DNA of 64,000 nucleotides from the human T2T-CHM13v2.0 reference genome, Homo sapiens: assembly GCF_009914755.1 (NCBI RefSeq), contig NC_060932.1, one strand, 5' to 3'. Shown one piece after another: positions 13,897 through 26,728 of the stretch (positions are counted from its first letter, which is position 1; every line of letters starts with the position of its first letter). A program made the translations under genes and the position numbers. Under the pieces are notes generated by a model that was given only the letters and a program-made list of their open reading frames with translations, ran no database searches and was not told the DNA's origin.

Positions 13897-14289
13897 AGTC
13901 TCTGCCCCTACTGAAGCGTGTGGCCATCCGAAACCACCTTGGAGACCGGGTAGATCCCAGCTGAACAAAGCAGGCAGTCCTGGGACAGAAATGGCCCAGG
14001 ACAAAGGGAACCCAGTCTCACTTGGATGCAGACAACTCACATACCTGGCACCTGTGTGCCGCAACTCGGCCCTCATCTGCCAGCTTCTGCCGGCCTGATG
14101 GCGCATTGTCCCGTTCCAACTCCAGATCCATGGTTGCCCTTGCCGGGGTCTCAGCTGCTGGCTCCACTCCCCTCCTGCGGGCCCCTCCCGCACCCTGCTC
14201 TCTGCTGCCCCCATCAGGCAGCCTGCTCTCAGAGCATCCCGGCCGCAGGATTTTAATTCAAAATTCTCCCAAGTCATGCTTCTCCCATA

Positions 14290-14710
14290 CTGTACCTACA
14301 TAATTCACTTTTATTACCTAAATATAGGGCTTAATATTTGGTCCTGTTAAATTTCATCTTGTTTGTTTCAGGCATCCTTTCAGCTTCTCAGGATGCTTTC
14401 AAATCCTCAGCTATCTCTCTGAACTTCAATTATCTCTTCTGTCATCTAGAAATTTAATCATCCTGCTGTCTGTATCTTCGTCCACGTCACAGATAAAATC
14501 GTCGAATTGAGCAGGGCTTAGAACAGAGTGTTCTGGTACAATACTAGGTGCCCCTTCTAGAGGGGAAAGAGTGAGATTTGGGATCCCAGCAACCCCTTTA
14601 CAAGCCATTATTCAGCAGCTCTAAATGCACCCAAGTGAGCTGCCAACCAGACTTTATTTTTTTCATTTATTCATGAGGCTGCCAGGAAAGATTTTGCACT
14701 GCTTGCTCAC
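14290..14710 (-). mobile_element. L3/CR1 LINE relic with RT core
   Basis: Track ORF 14426..14608 contains VPEHSVLSPAQFDDFICDVDEDTDSRMIKFLDD, a decayed form of CR1 VPQGSVLGPxLFNIFINDLDEG..LIKFADD. Confidence 0.8.
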
Positions 14711-15005
14711 AGACGGACCAGCCCACTTGAGTCCCCACCCACTTAGCCAAGGGTCTAATTCCCAGAAGTTCCCAAGAACACCTAGGCTTGTATACACTTG
14801 TCTAAAACTCAGGCCTTTTGAGGCTATATGGCTGCTACCTGCAAAGAAAGCAGAAACTCAGAAAGACTCACTCTGCTGACTGGTCTAGCCATGGATGTCT
14901 GCTTGATTTGGGGGTGGCCACGATGACTCTGTGAGGTGAGAAGAAGGACATTTCATCTGTCTGGGACCTAAGTATTACATATTTAATCAGAAGTATGCAG
15001 CTTTA

Positions 15006-15294
15006 GGTTGTGTGTGGTGGCTGACGCTGGTAATCCCAGCATTTTGGGAGGCCAAGGCAGAAAGATTGCTTGAGACCAAGAGTTCAAGACCAGCCTGGGC
15101 AAAGAGCAAGACCCCATATCTACAAAAAAAAAATTTTTTTTAATTAGCCAGGCATGGTGGCCTGCACCTGTAGTCCTAGCTCCTCAGGAGGTTCAGGTAA
15201 GAGGGTGGCTTGAGAGCCCAGGAAGTAGAGGCTGCAGTGAGCCAAGATTGTGTCACTGCACTCTAGCCTGGGCGACAGAGTGAGACCCTTTCTA
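15006..15294 (+). mobile_element. AluJ whose tail expanded into a GATA/GA STR
   Basis: TSD atgcagcttt (14995-15004, 15474-15483) brackets both the Alu and the STR. Confidence 0.95.
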
Positions 15295-15295
15295 A

Positions 15296-15392
15296 ATATA
15301 GATAGATGATAGATGACAGACAGATGGATAATATATAGATATAGATAATGGATAGATAGATAGTAGACAGACAGATAATAGAGATAGATCAT

Positions 15393-15471
<79 letters not shown>

Positions 15472-15473
15472 GG
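15296..15473 (+). repeat. Compound (GATA)n/(GA)n microsatellite
   Basis: Pure (GA) run at ~15398-15425, then a (GATA) array. Confidence 0.97.
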
Positions 15474-18400
15474 ATGCAGCTTTTTCCCAAGGCCCACCCA
15501 GAGTTCTACACTGGCCCTGGGTTCTGGCAGCAGCCAGCTATCCATGCCAGCTGCCCCTGCTGATGGTCCTGGAGGCCTGGCCCCGGTCCTGCTTCCCTTT
15601 CTCTTGTGGTGAGCGTGCTCTTGGGGAACATGCTGTTCTTTACTGCCTGCTCACCTCATTGCAGCCGTTCTCTCCAGCCATGTGAGGATAGGGGTCTCAT
15701 TGCCTAGTCTCTCTGGGGACCCCTCTGTTCCTGTATAGGTTCAGAATAAAAATAGGGACATAAGAGAGGCACAGCCCACAAGGCCACTCTGTGACACTTA
15801 AGTCCCATGTGCACATGGATAATATGAGGAGAGGAGCCACCTCTGACCCACCACCCCCTGCCGCCCCTGCCGAGCAGAAGTGCCCTGTTACACTGACTTT
15901 CTAATCAAACAGCGATCACAAGGAGGAAAAAGTTGGAGTGATCCTCTTTGTCCTAAGTGAACTCACACTGGCTTCCAGCGATCACCTTTCTTTTCCAAGA
16001 ACTCACAAATCATCAGTTTCAGTCATCAGTTTTGGAATTTTGCCAAGGGTCAACATTGAAATTACTGTATAATCATTTCCAAAATCAGGGAAGGTCCGGG
16101 CTTTCTGGGCCTAATGCACTTTCTTAAGTGTGGAAGCCAACTGTTCCTTCCCCCTCACTCACCATGAGAATCACACACACACACACACACACGCAAGAAG
16201 GCACCCACCAGAGACTACACTCCACTGACACGGAAGTGCCGCCAAACATAAAGACTTCCAAAGCCAACGTCCCTGATTCTTCCCATCCTGTCTTCTTTTC
16301 ACCTCTCTCAGAATTGCTCCCTCCTCTCTCTCCACCACCTCATCCCTCCACCCAGAGGTAAGAGACATCTTCATAGCTCTGTAATTGTGACTGTGGCTAA
16401 GCAGCCGTGTGATCGCAGGGAAAGGGGAGCCAGGCACGCGGGAGGGGCTCGGACAGGCTCTGACCCATGCTGCCAACACACCTCCATCTGTCAGCGACAG
16501 CCCTCCCTGCGTGGGGAGTTGATGGAGCGGTGACTGCCAGTTTGCTAACGTCCTTGTCTGCGGATGCTGCAAAGACATGGTTTTCCATGGAGGAATTCTG
16601 AGGCTTACACGCAAGTCTTCTCTGAATTACAGTAATTAAAGTTGAGAAGAGCAACACGCCAGAACTCCTCCTTTACCTGTCATTTCTGGGCTGATGACGG
16701 GGCTCCAACTTCAAGGTCACTCTGTCCTCCTCCCTCTTTCCTTCCTGCCCCTGGCTCCTCTCCACACCAGGCCTGAAACAGCCAAGGACCCAACCTTCCC
16801 CCATCACAAAAGGCAGCCAACCAGATCCGGGGGAAAAGCAGGCACCTTCGAACTCCAGTGCTTGGGATTTCAAGTTGAGTCTTACTGGCTTGGTTCCCAG
16901 CAGGAAAACATTTCATCCAGGCCCTGCTGGGGCTGGGGATAGGGTCAGAGACAATAATGAGAACTGGAAGAGACTCAACTACCATCCAGACCTGTCTGCT
17001 AATTCCACAAACGAAGAAACAGAGGCTCCAAAGAGAGAAGTATCGTGCTAAAGTTCAGCCAGATAGTCTCAGAGTCAGAACGAGAACTCGATTCTCCTGA
17101 CACCGGGTTTATTCCACTACCCCAGGGCCATTTGTTGAAGCCAGCCGTTGTGTTAAGCGCTTTACATAAATTATTTCTAATTTTTACAGCAACTTTTCAG
17201 GGTATCATTATCCCCATTTCAGGATTGAGGTAATGGAGTGATTTGCCCAAGGTCGCATAGATAGAAAGTGGCAGGCGAGGAATTCAAGTCTGTTATCCCA
17301 TTCTTTCTCATAAATATCCATCAGGGGCAGAGAGAGGCGAGTCTGAGTGGGTTTGGGGATGTGTGAGGGTGTCCCAAAGGAAGAAGTCCTGAAAGGTACC
17401 TGCTGGAACATCCCAGCTACAGGCTTCCACGGATTACATTCACCTCACCAACGGTAAGGCCCACATATGGCCAGTTGTTAACAAACATCGTACCAAGAAG
17501 GAAAAAAGCCCTGAGTACAAGTGCCTGGAGGTTGATCTTCAACAGGGAAGATGTAGAAAGGCAGATGAAAGCTAAGGACCCTGAAACTGACAGAAGGTCA
17601 GGGAGAACCTACTAAAACCCACAGGTCTCCCTTGGGTTTTTGTGGCTAAGCTGGTGGGAGTGAGAAGAAACCCAAACTCCCAATTTAGTTTCCAGATGTC
17701 TGTCTATCTCATTCGCCACCACCCACATACTCCAACCCCACTCCTGAATTAACAGGAGGACTGATCAGACCTCACAGAAAATGATGGGATTCTTGTGCTC
17801 CCAGAGCCCAAATTCTATACTCCTCACTCCTACCCAAGGCCTGGAAAGGTAAGAGGCTTTAGCAGAGACAAATCAGAGAAGGAGTGGGGTCGGGGGGGCA
17901 AGGAGTAAGAAAGTGGCTTTGTGGGGAAGACCCAGTCCTACACAGCTCAGGAATGCGCTAGAGGGCTGACCAGTCCTATAATGCCTTGCCTTTGTGGACA
18001 CAGGACTCAAACATTTGCAAGAAGATGTTAGACACCATAACGTTAGCTCTCGCCACAACACGAAATAACTAGTATGTCATTGTCAGTTGAGTTATACCAA
18101 CTTTCTCATCATTTTTCTTTGCAAAATGAGGACAATAATAGTATGCACCGCACAGGATGTTTGTGAGAATTAAATGAGATGCAAAGTACCTAGTATAGTT
18201 CCTGGCATATAATCAGCACACAATAAATGTTAGATTTTTATTGTTGTTTTTACTTCTATCTTGATGAAAAATGTATTATTTTTACACTGTTATAAACCTA
18301 AGAGAACCATGAGTTAGGTTCCACAAATTTCATTGCTGAAATCATGTACCTTGGACAGTTCTATTATTACATTTGTGTTATTTAAACAAAATTTCCCTTC

Positions 18401-19344
18401 TCAGGAAAGTTGCGAGGAAAGTACTCCCTATACCACCCCGAGGCAATGCTTCTGCTTGTAAAACACTTTTCCCTTTCAAGGCAATTTCTCACTGCTCCTC
18501 ATCATAAGCTCACCGTGTAATTCTGAGGTCGACGGAGTAGAAGTTGCTGTACTTCCTTTATCAGATACTGAAACTCAAGGTAAAGGACGTTTGTGGGGCT
18601 GGACCTACAGCCAGGTCCTGATGCCTCTCTCAGCATCCAGTCCAGCAACATGGAGCACAGGCAACTTGGCAGGCGATCTGCATGTCTGTCCTCCGGCGCT
18701 CACAGTGGGTCCCACGTGTGACCCGCCCCTGCCATTGGTGGAGTCCTGCGTCTCTGCCAGGCTTCAGCCCGACAGGACCCTCACCCAAGCATGAGAGGTT
18801 CACAACCTTGAGGAGTTTGGAAGGGCACGCAAAGGGGATCGACTGCTCTTTTTTAAAAAGCATACTGCAGAGCTGTTTGGCCATTTTACAAGACTTCTGA
18901 TACCCAGCCCTCCTCCACTGCTGTTCAGGTTCTAACCCCTCTCCTTGCCTAGCCCCTTTCCAGCATGAGGGTCAGCCTTACACTAGCACCATTGCCCGAG
19001 TGGGGCGGGGTGGAGGGAGTTCACCACGGGTGCATGTTCTGATTGATCAGAGCCCACGCTGTTCAAGGTGCTACCTACTTCGAACATCATCTCTGCCTGC
19101 ATCCCTGTTTCCCATTACTCCCCAGATATCTATTCCCCTACAGAGAGTTTGACCACCATTCCTCCTAGAATCTTCTGTCCCAGAATGACTTACTTTTACC
19201 GATCCAGCCCCTACCCATCCTCCACAAGGCTGGTCAAGCGTCTTTTCCTCCTGGAAGCCCTCCTAGATCAGCCCCAGGCCAGCGTTTACCTCCATTTTCT
19301 AGCTCCCAGAGGCTTTTTCGAACTGCAGGTGGTGTATCATTAGC

Positions 19345-19534
19345 AGGTCATGGACATCAATTCAGGGCATTGCAATGAGCATTCTTTAACCAAATAGAAT
19401 ACAAAATATCAGAAGATACCGTCTGTGATAAAGATCACAGCATGTATATGAACATACGTATGTGTCGCATACTGATGTGATATAAAAAACGTTCCTTACT
19501 GCTTCTTGCAGTCAAAACCTTTGAAAAACATTGG
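19345..19534. mobile_element. hAT-Charlie-type MITE relic, family uncertain
   Basis: AAATAGAATACAAAATATCAGA ... GTCAAAACCTTTGAAAAACATTG terminus. Confidence 0.5.
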
Positions 19535-19798
19535 ATATTAATGCCTTCCATCCTAAATAGTACCAAGCATCTAAAATCTGCCTAACTTCTCCAAAGACAC
19601 CAGGAGTGAAGTCAGGGAGAAGAGAGGAGAGTGAGGGGGTCAGCCAGGCTGGAGCCACTCTGACATGGGAGAGGAAAGTATATGAGGACAGGGACTAGGT
19701 TTCTCTACTTACCTCTCCCCTGGCACCTGGCATAAGTGTCAATGAATGGGTAGCACACCAGTTAGGCTAGATTACTCTGTGATAACAAAAGAAATCAA

Positions 19799-20412
<614 letters not shown>

Positions 20413-20821
20413 AGTTTCCACAGCTTAACATGGTTGATTTCTCACTTATGCAAGTCCACTCTAGGTCTGGTAACTCCAGTGTGGCTGTCCCCTAGGTAGT
20501 AGCTCAGAAATCTAGGCTGCTTGCACCATGTCACCCTACCTGCTGGATCAATGCATGGATAACTGTAGCAGGGAAAGAGAGAGCCAGGGGCTGTCCATGG
20601 TGACCTGTGTCCCTTTTACGCCCAGCTACTGGCCAGACCTGGCCTCATAGCCCCCACCTAACTGCAAAGAGGAAGGGAAATATAGAGAAGCAGTAAGCGT
20701 CTCCCTTTCTTTCTCTTCCTTCCTTCCTCCCTCCCTTACTTCGTGTCTTCCCTCCCACCCTCCTCCTCCTCATCTTTCTCTCTTTCTTTCTCTCTCTCTC
20801 TTTCTCTCTCCCTCTCTCTCT

Positions 20822-21432
20822 TTTCTTTCGAGACAGGGTGTTGCTCTGTCTCAAACAAACAAACAAACAAACAAACAAAGGGCTGGGCGAGGTGGCTCAC
20901 ACCTGTAATCCCAGCACTTTGGGAGGCCAAGGTGGGTGGATCACCTGAGGTCAGGAGTTTGTGACAAGTCTGGCCAACTTGGTGAAACCCGTCTCTACTA
21001 AAAATACAAACTTAGACAAGCGTAGTGGCGGGCACCTATAGTCCCAGCTACTCGGGAAGCTGAGGCAAGAGAATTGCTTGAAGCCAGGAGGCAGAGGTTG
21101 CAGTGAGCCAAGATTGCACTACTGCACTACAGCCTGGGCAACAGAGCAAGACTCTGTCTCAAAAAAAAAAAAGGCTGGAGTGCAGTGGCATGATCACAGC
21201 TCACTTCAGCCTCAACCTCCTGGACTCAAGTGATCCTCACATCTCAGCTTCCCAAGTGGCTGAGACCACAGATATGCACCACCACACCTGGCTAATTTTT
21301 TGATCTTTTTGTAGAGATGGGGTTTCACTTTGTTGCCCAGGCTGGTCTTAAACTCCTAGGCTTAAGTGATCTTCCTGCCTCCCTGGCCTCCCAAAGTGCT
21401 GGGATAACAGGTATGAGCCTCTGGTCCCAGCC
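20822..21432 (-). mobile_element. AluJ interrupted by an opposite-strand AluSx (20881-21172, +)
   Basis: GAGACAGGGTGTTGCTCTGTC at 20829-20849 resumes as GGCTGGAGTGCAGTGG at 21173. Confidence 0.9.
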
Positions 21433-21589
21433 AAATGTCTCTACAGTAACACTGCCCGAGGTGTTTTGCCTCAAAACTCTATGTATGTAACTTGCCTCCC
21501 CAGCTCCTCAGGTAGTCATTCCACAGAACTTCTGGTGGTCTTCTGTAAAGCAAGCCCTATGCTAATATCTGGGAATAGAGAAGTAACTG

Positions 21590-22015
21590 AGACACTGTCC
21601 CAGTTTGGATGGCACCAGAAGCAATCCTGAGCTGAGGATCACAGTGTCCCTGGTTAACCTGGGAAGTGCAGAGAACACCAGCAGGGCAAAGGGAAGTGAT
21701 CCAGGAGATGCATTTTATTAAGCCTGTTACCTCAGTGGATGTCTGAAGCCCAATCCCATGGAGAAGGTCTGGAAAATAGTGTAAAGCGCACCTCAAAATT
21801 ATCCCCACTTTAGGGTTGAGGAAGCTGAAGTCTCCCTCAACCCGCTCCCCATCAGCGCTGATTCAAGCTGCTCCTGAGGGATGTTAGTGCCCCAGCCCTT
21901 CCAGCCTGCTCCACTCACTCAGGGGAGTGGAGTAACCTTCCAGAAAAATCCCTCGTTCAAAGGCAGGTGAAGTTCCCAGAGCAAACTTCTCAGTAAGGGT
22001 AAGGTCTGAGGGAAA
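21590..22015. mobile_element. Old LTR relic (MLT1K/L-like), followed by an L2 piece to ~22250
   Basis: CCAGAAGCAATCCTGAG; GGAAAATAGTGTAAAGCGCACCTCAAAATTATCCCCAC. Confidence 0.5.
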
Positions 22016-22267
22016 TGAGCAGGAAACTGACAGCCCCAGCTTCCACACAGGTGAACTTACCAGGCAGGAGAAGAAAGAGGCAGATATGCAAATAAACATT
22101 AGCAAAGGAGAAAATGCTACAATTGAGGAAGCAACAAAGCGTCCAGGCACAGAGGAGGTAGCAGCTGATCCTCCCAAGGATGGAAAAAGACTTCCTAGAA
22201 GTGATCAAATCTGGGCTGAATCCTGAAGGCCAAGTAGGAGTTACCTCTGAGAAGAGGAAGAAGAGAT

Positions 22268-22980
22268 GCAATGGGGACTGCTTGCCTGCCCATCACCTCC
22301 ATTGTCCCTTTCTTCCCAGCTGACCCAGTTCTGCTTAGGGTGCACTGTGCTCAGCCCCAGGTACCTCTCTAGGACTGGTCTGCACCTGTTGCAAAATCCT
22401 TATGCCCATTTGCCAGAGTCTTGGTTTTCCAGCCTCTCTTGCACCTGGCAGTGGGCGTGTCAACTGGCCCTGGCCAATAAAGGTAGTAAGAGGGGGTTGG
22501 GTGCAATGGCTCACACCTGTGATCTCATCTCAGCACTTGGGGAGGCCAAGGCAGGAAGATTACGTGAGGCCAGGAATTTGAGACCATCCTAGCCAACACA
22601 GCAAGACCCCAGATTTCTTTTTTTTAAGGTAATAAGAGGGGGTCTGCCAGGGAGGATTCTGTGGCAGCATTTGCTTTCCTGAGCTAAAGAGCAGATGGAT
22701 TTGCTGCTGTCCTTTCCTTTCCTCCTGTCTTGAATGCAAACGTGATGCCTAAAGTCTCTATAGCCATCTTGTGACCATCAGGTACTGAGCACGAGGACAA
22801 AAAGTCAACAAGCTAAAGACAGTAGAGTGGAAAGGGACATGGAATTTGGAATTATGGCAGCATTCCTGAACAGCCAATGTTTGGCCACTGCCTGCTTTCT
22901 TATCATATGAGACATATAAAATCCTATATGTTTAAGCCCACTTACTCCAGTATCCTCTACTCGCAACCCAAGGTAATGCC
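22268..22980 (+). mobile_element. MLT1I/J-like LTR interrupted by a FLAM
   Basis: TTGAATGCAAACGTGATGCC; GCCATCTTGTGACCAT; TGTTTAAGCCCACT. Confidence 0.65.
22496..22625 (+). mobile_element. FLAM_C / Alu left monomer
   Basis: TSD aaggtagtaagagggg / aaggtaataagagggg. Confidence 0.85.
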
Positions 22981-23807
22981 AACCAACCCAAGTGGGAGAA
23001 GTCAGGTGCAATAAGCCATGTGCAATCAGCCATGCCTGGGATCTGGGAGAGGTTTGGTTTGGCTGGAGGATGGACTGTGCATTACACAGTGGAGGGAAAG
23101 AGGCCACCCAGGAGCATTAGGAGGAGAATAGAAAAGACCCACTTTGTCATGCAAAGTTCAAAGGAGAGGTTCACAAAGCTTCAAACAACGACGTCAGATG
23201 ATCATCATATGTGGGTTTCAGGAAATAATTGTATCCATCACATAAAGGAAGGACCCTGACCCCCTTACAGACATAGATGATGTCGGTACAATTTTGTAGT
23301 GTCTACAGCCTCTAATACAGTCACCATTTAATATTTATTGAATTGAATTGAAATGATGTTACCCTAATTATTTCCATGAGACCCACAGTGCTTCAATCAA
23401 TCACTATTTAGAAAGGTTGCAGCCATGTTCCCAGCTAAGACATCAGCTGGGTCCCTTCCCTCCCCTCCCCGGGAATCAGAGTCCTCACTGCACAATGAGA
23501 GAACTTAGCCTGTGGCTGACTCCCTCCAACAACAAGGAGGCCTGTCCTGGCTTCCGTCCACTTCACACTTTCACAAAATTGGCAGGGGAAAGCTGGTGGG
23601 ACGCTTGATCGAGGCCCAAGCACTGAGCAGAGGGACGCTTGATCAGACCCCAAGCACTGAGCAGAGAAAATGGATCAATAGCTACGCCACCCCCAGCCTG
23701 ATTTAGGAAGAAAAATTGCAGATCAAATGTAATATTTCTGTAGGTCCCAAATGACCCAGGTCCCAATCTGGCTCTTTCTCTATATGTAACACATATGCAA
23801 GTAAGGG

Positions 23808-24422
<615 letters not shown>

Positions 24423-25035
24423 TTTTTTTCATTTTTTTCTCTCACCCAACTATTATTTCAAAACCAAAGATGACGGGAGAGGGGAAATCAAGTGTTTTCT
24501 CATTGGGCATTCAAAGAGTGACCAATTAACCCCCCAAATTAGGCAAGTACCAGGGAGACCCATAAAGATGAGACATTGGACTTCATGTTCACACACCCAT
24601 CAACACTCCAGCCCTAAATTATATTTGACATTTAATTAAAACCCCAAGGCAGCGAAGTCAAGAGTTGAACTGCTACAGTACTGGAAAAGGAGCCGCTCTT
24701 TAGGATGGATTCATTTACCTCCTGTTACCAAAGCCATCAACACTGACCTCCCCCAGCCCAGCTTTACTCACTGGTAGAAATACAACAGAGGCATGACTGG
24801 GGAAGTGTGTTCCCCGTCTCCTGCACTCCCCTCATCGCCTCCACAGACATACTCAGACGCCATCACTGCCAGAGTGGAACTGGTCCTTCTCAGGTTCCAT
24901 GCCACCCAGCACTAACTTCCCTCCTGGCCACCCATACAGGAAGTCACCCAACCCCAATTCCCCACTCACTTCCCTTCCTAGAGACTGCACTTTTCTCTGT
25001 TCCAAGAGCATGAAGGGTTTCAGCATTGAGCCGCC

Positions 25036-25340
25036 TTTCTTCTCTCCTTCCTTCCTGCCTTCTGTTCTTCCTCCCCTTTTTCTTCCTTCCCTCCTTCCTT
25101 CTCTCTTCTTTCTTCCTTCCCTCCTTCCCTCCTTCCCTTCTCTCCTTCCCTCCTCCTCTCCTTCCCTCCTTCCCTTCTCCTCTCCTTCACTTCCTTTCTT
25201 CTCTCCTTCCTTTCCCTCCTTCCCTCCTTCCCTCCTTCTCTCCTTCTGTCCTTCCCTCCTTCTTTCTTCTCTCCTTTCCTCCTTCCCACTTTCTTTCCCT
25301 TCTCTCCTTCCCTCCTTCTCTCCTTCCCTTCTTCCTTCCT
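25036..25340 (+). repeat. ~305-bp polypyrimidine (CCTT-like) tract
   Basis: Almost purine-free on the + strand. Confidence 0.97.
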
Positions 25341-26003
25341 GACTGCCCACATGATGCACTGAGCAGCCTCCACATTCTAGTGCCATGCTAAATGTTACAG
25401 GCACACAAAGATCCATAAAACAACTCTTGCCCTTGTGATCTTCTGGTGGAGACAAAGCAATTTATGAAATGCCTAATATCTATATTAGATATAATAAGAC
25501 AATGTGTGCCAACGAAGAGTCCAGGCAACAGGAGCTTCCAGGTCAGAGGAAGGAGAGACCTGAGTAGTTAGAAAGGACCTTGCTGAGGATCAGGACTCCT
25601 GCTGGACCTCCAAGACCGCCATGACTTAGAAAGATGAGAGGAAGAGGAAAGGTGCAGGGACAGAGAACAGTACATGTGAAGGTCTAGAAACAGGAGGTGA
25701 ACAGGAAAGAGTAAGAACCCCTTTCTGCCTAGAATGGAGGATCAGGAAATGGGGTACAGATGCCTGTTGATGAGCTAGCAGGAGCTGGAGGTGGAGTCTG
25801 GACTTCCTCCTGCAAGCAGGAATCATCTAGGCCCCACAGGAACTCTAGGGGTGTTGGTGACTGTGGAGCATCACAGCAGATGAGACTGTGTTGCTTCTCT
25901 GACTTGCTGGGTACTGGCTGCCTCTCTCTCTGAGCTGGATTTTCATCCCCTATGAATCGGTAGGACTACCCTCATTCTTGCTTCTCTGCCACTTGCCTTT
26001 CAG

Positions 26004-26728
26004 GACTAGAGCGGTGCTAAATGGTTCCATGTACCAGGTTTCGGATTACAGAAAGTGTCCTTGGACCCCAGACGCCACTCTCTTCCTCCGATTTTGAGGC
26101 ATCAAAACAAAATGATGCTTTCCTGATACAGATCACAAACCCAGCAGAGAATCAAGACACATTAGCACTGATTCAAACACACATGAACCTCACTGTCTTA
26201 GAAACAGAGCATTTCAAAGCCTCTCAACTCACCTTGATCACAATTTCATCCCCAGAAGATTTAGGAAGTAACAAAGGCAACAGCCTTTTCAGGATTAATT
26301 CTGATCCACCAGGAAGAAATTACTGGGAATCTGAAATGACAGAAACCACAGACAGAAGAGACAGGATATTAGAAGAAAGTGAACATGTCATCTTAGACTT
26401 CAGAGCAGCCCAGAAAGAGAATAGTAGAGAGACATGTGTCAAAGACTTTAGAAAGTCTAATTTCCAGACATTTGGAGAAAAGGTAGCTACAATCCAGTAA
26501 CCAGAGTCTCTACAGGGGAAGATATTTCAAGAACGAAGCGTAGCAGTTTCTGGAGACAAGGTTCTGTCTACACAATTGCAAAATATTTCACTGGGGGAGA
26601 AAGGAGAAAGAAATCTTAAAAAGATAATAACAATTTCAGCTGCACTAGCACCTCTCTGGCTCCAGCAAGAAAGCAGACATCCTAGCTCTTACCATCTCCT
26701 ACATCAACGAAAATTAGCTTTGCCTTGA
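26004..26728 (+). pseudogene. Possible decayed large coding exon, unidentified
   Basis: Polypyrimidine tract plus CAG acceptor ending at 26003; one frame runs 241 codons with only two internal TAA stops. Confidence 0.3.

Noticed and set aside
13861-14277. QGQPWIWSWNGT resembling C-type lectin (CLEC2-like) QGQPWKWINGT
   Set aside because: No WIGL motif, conserved cysteines or neighbouring lectin exons; probably coincidence.
21934-22226. Stop-free E/K-rich + strand frame
   Set aside because: It spans old LTR and L2 relics, and its purine bias explains the openness.
23598-23665. 34-bp repeats as CRISPR-like
   Set aside because: Only two adjacent units with no spacers, in a eukaryotic context.
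24853-25455. 200-aa E/G/R/K-rich ORF and overlapping P/S/F/L ORFs
   Set aside because: Artefacts of the stop-free polypurine/polypyrimidine tract.
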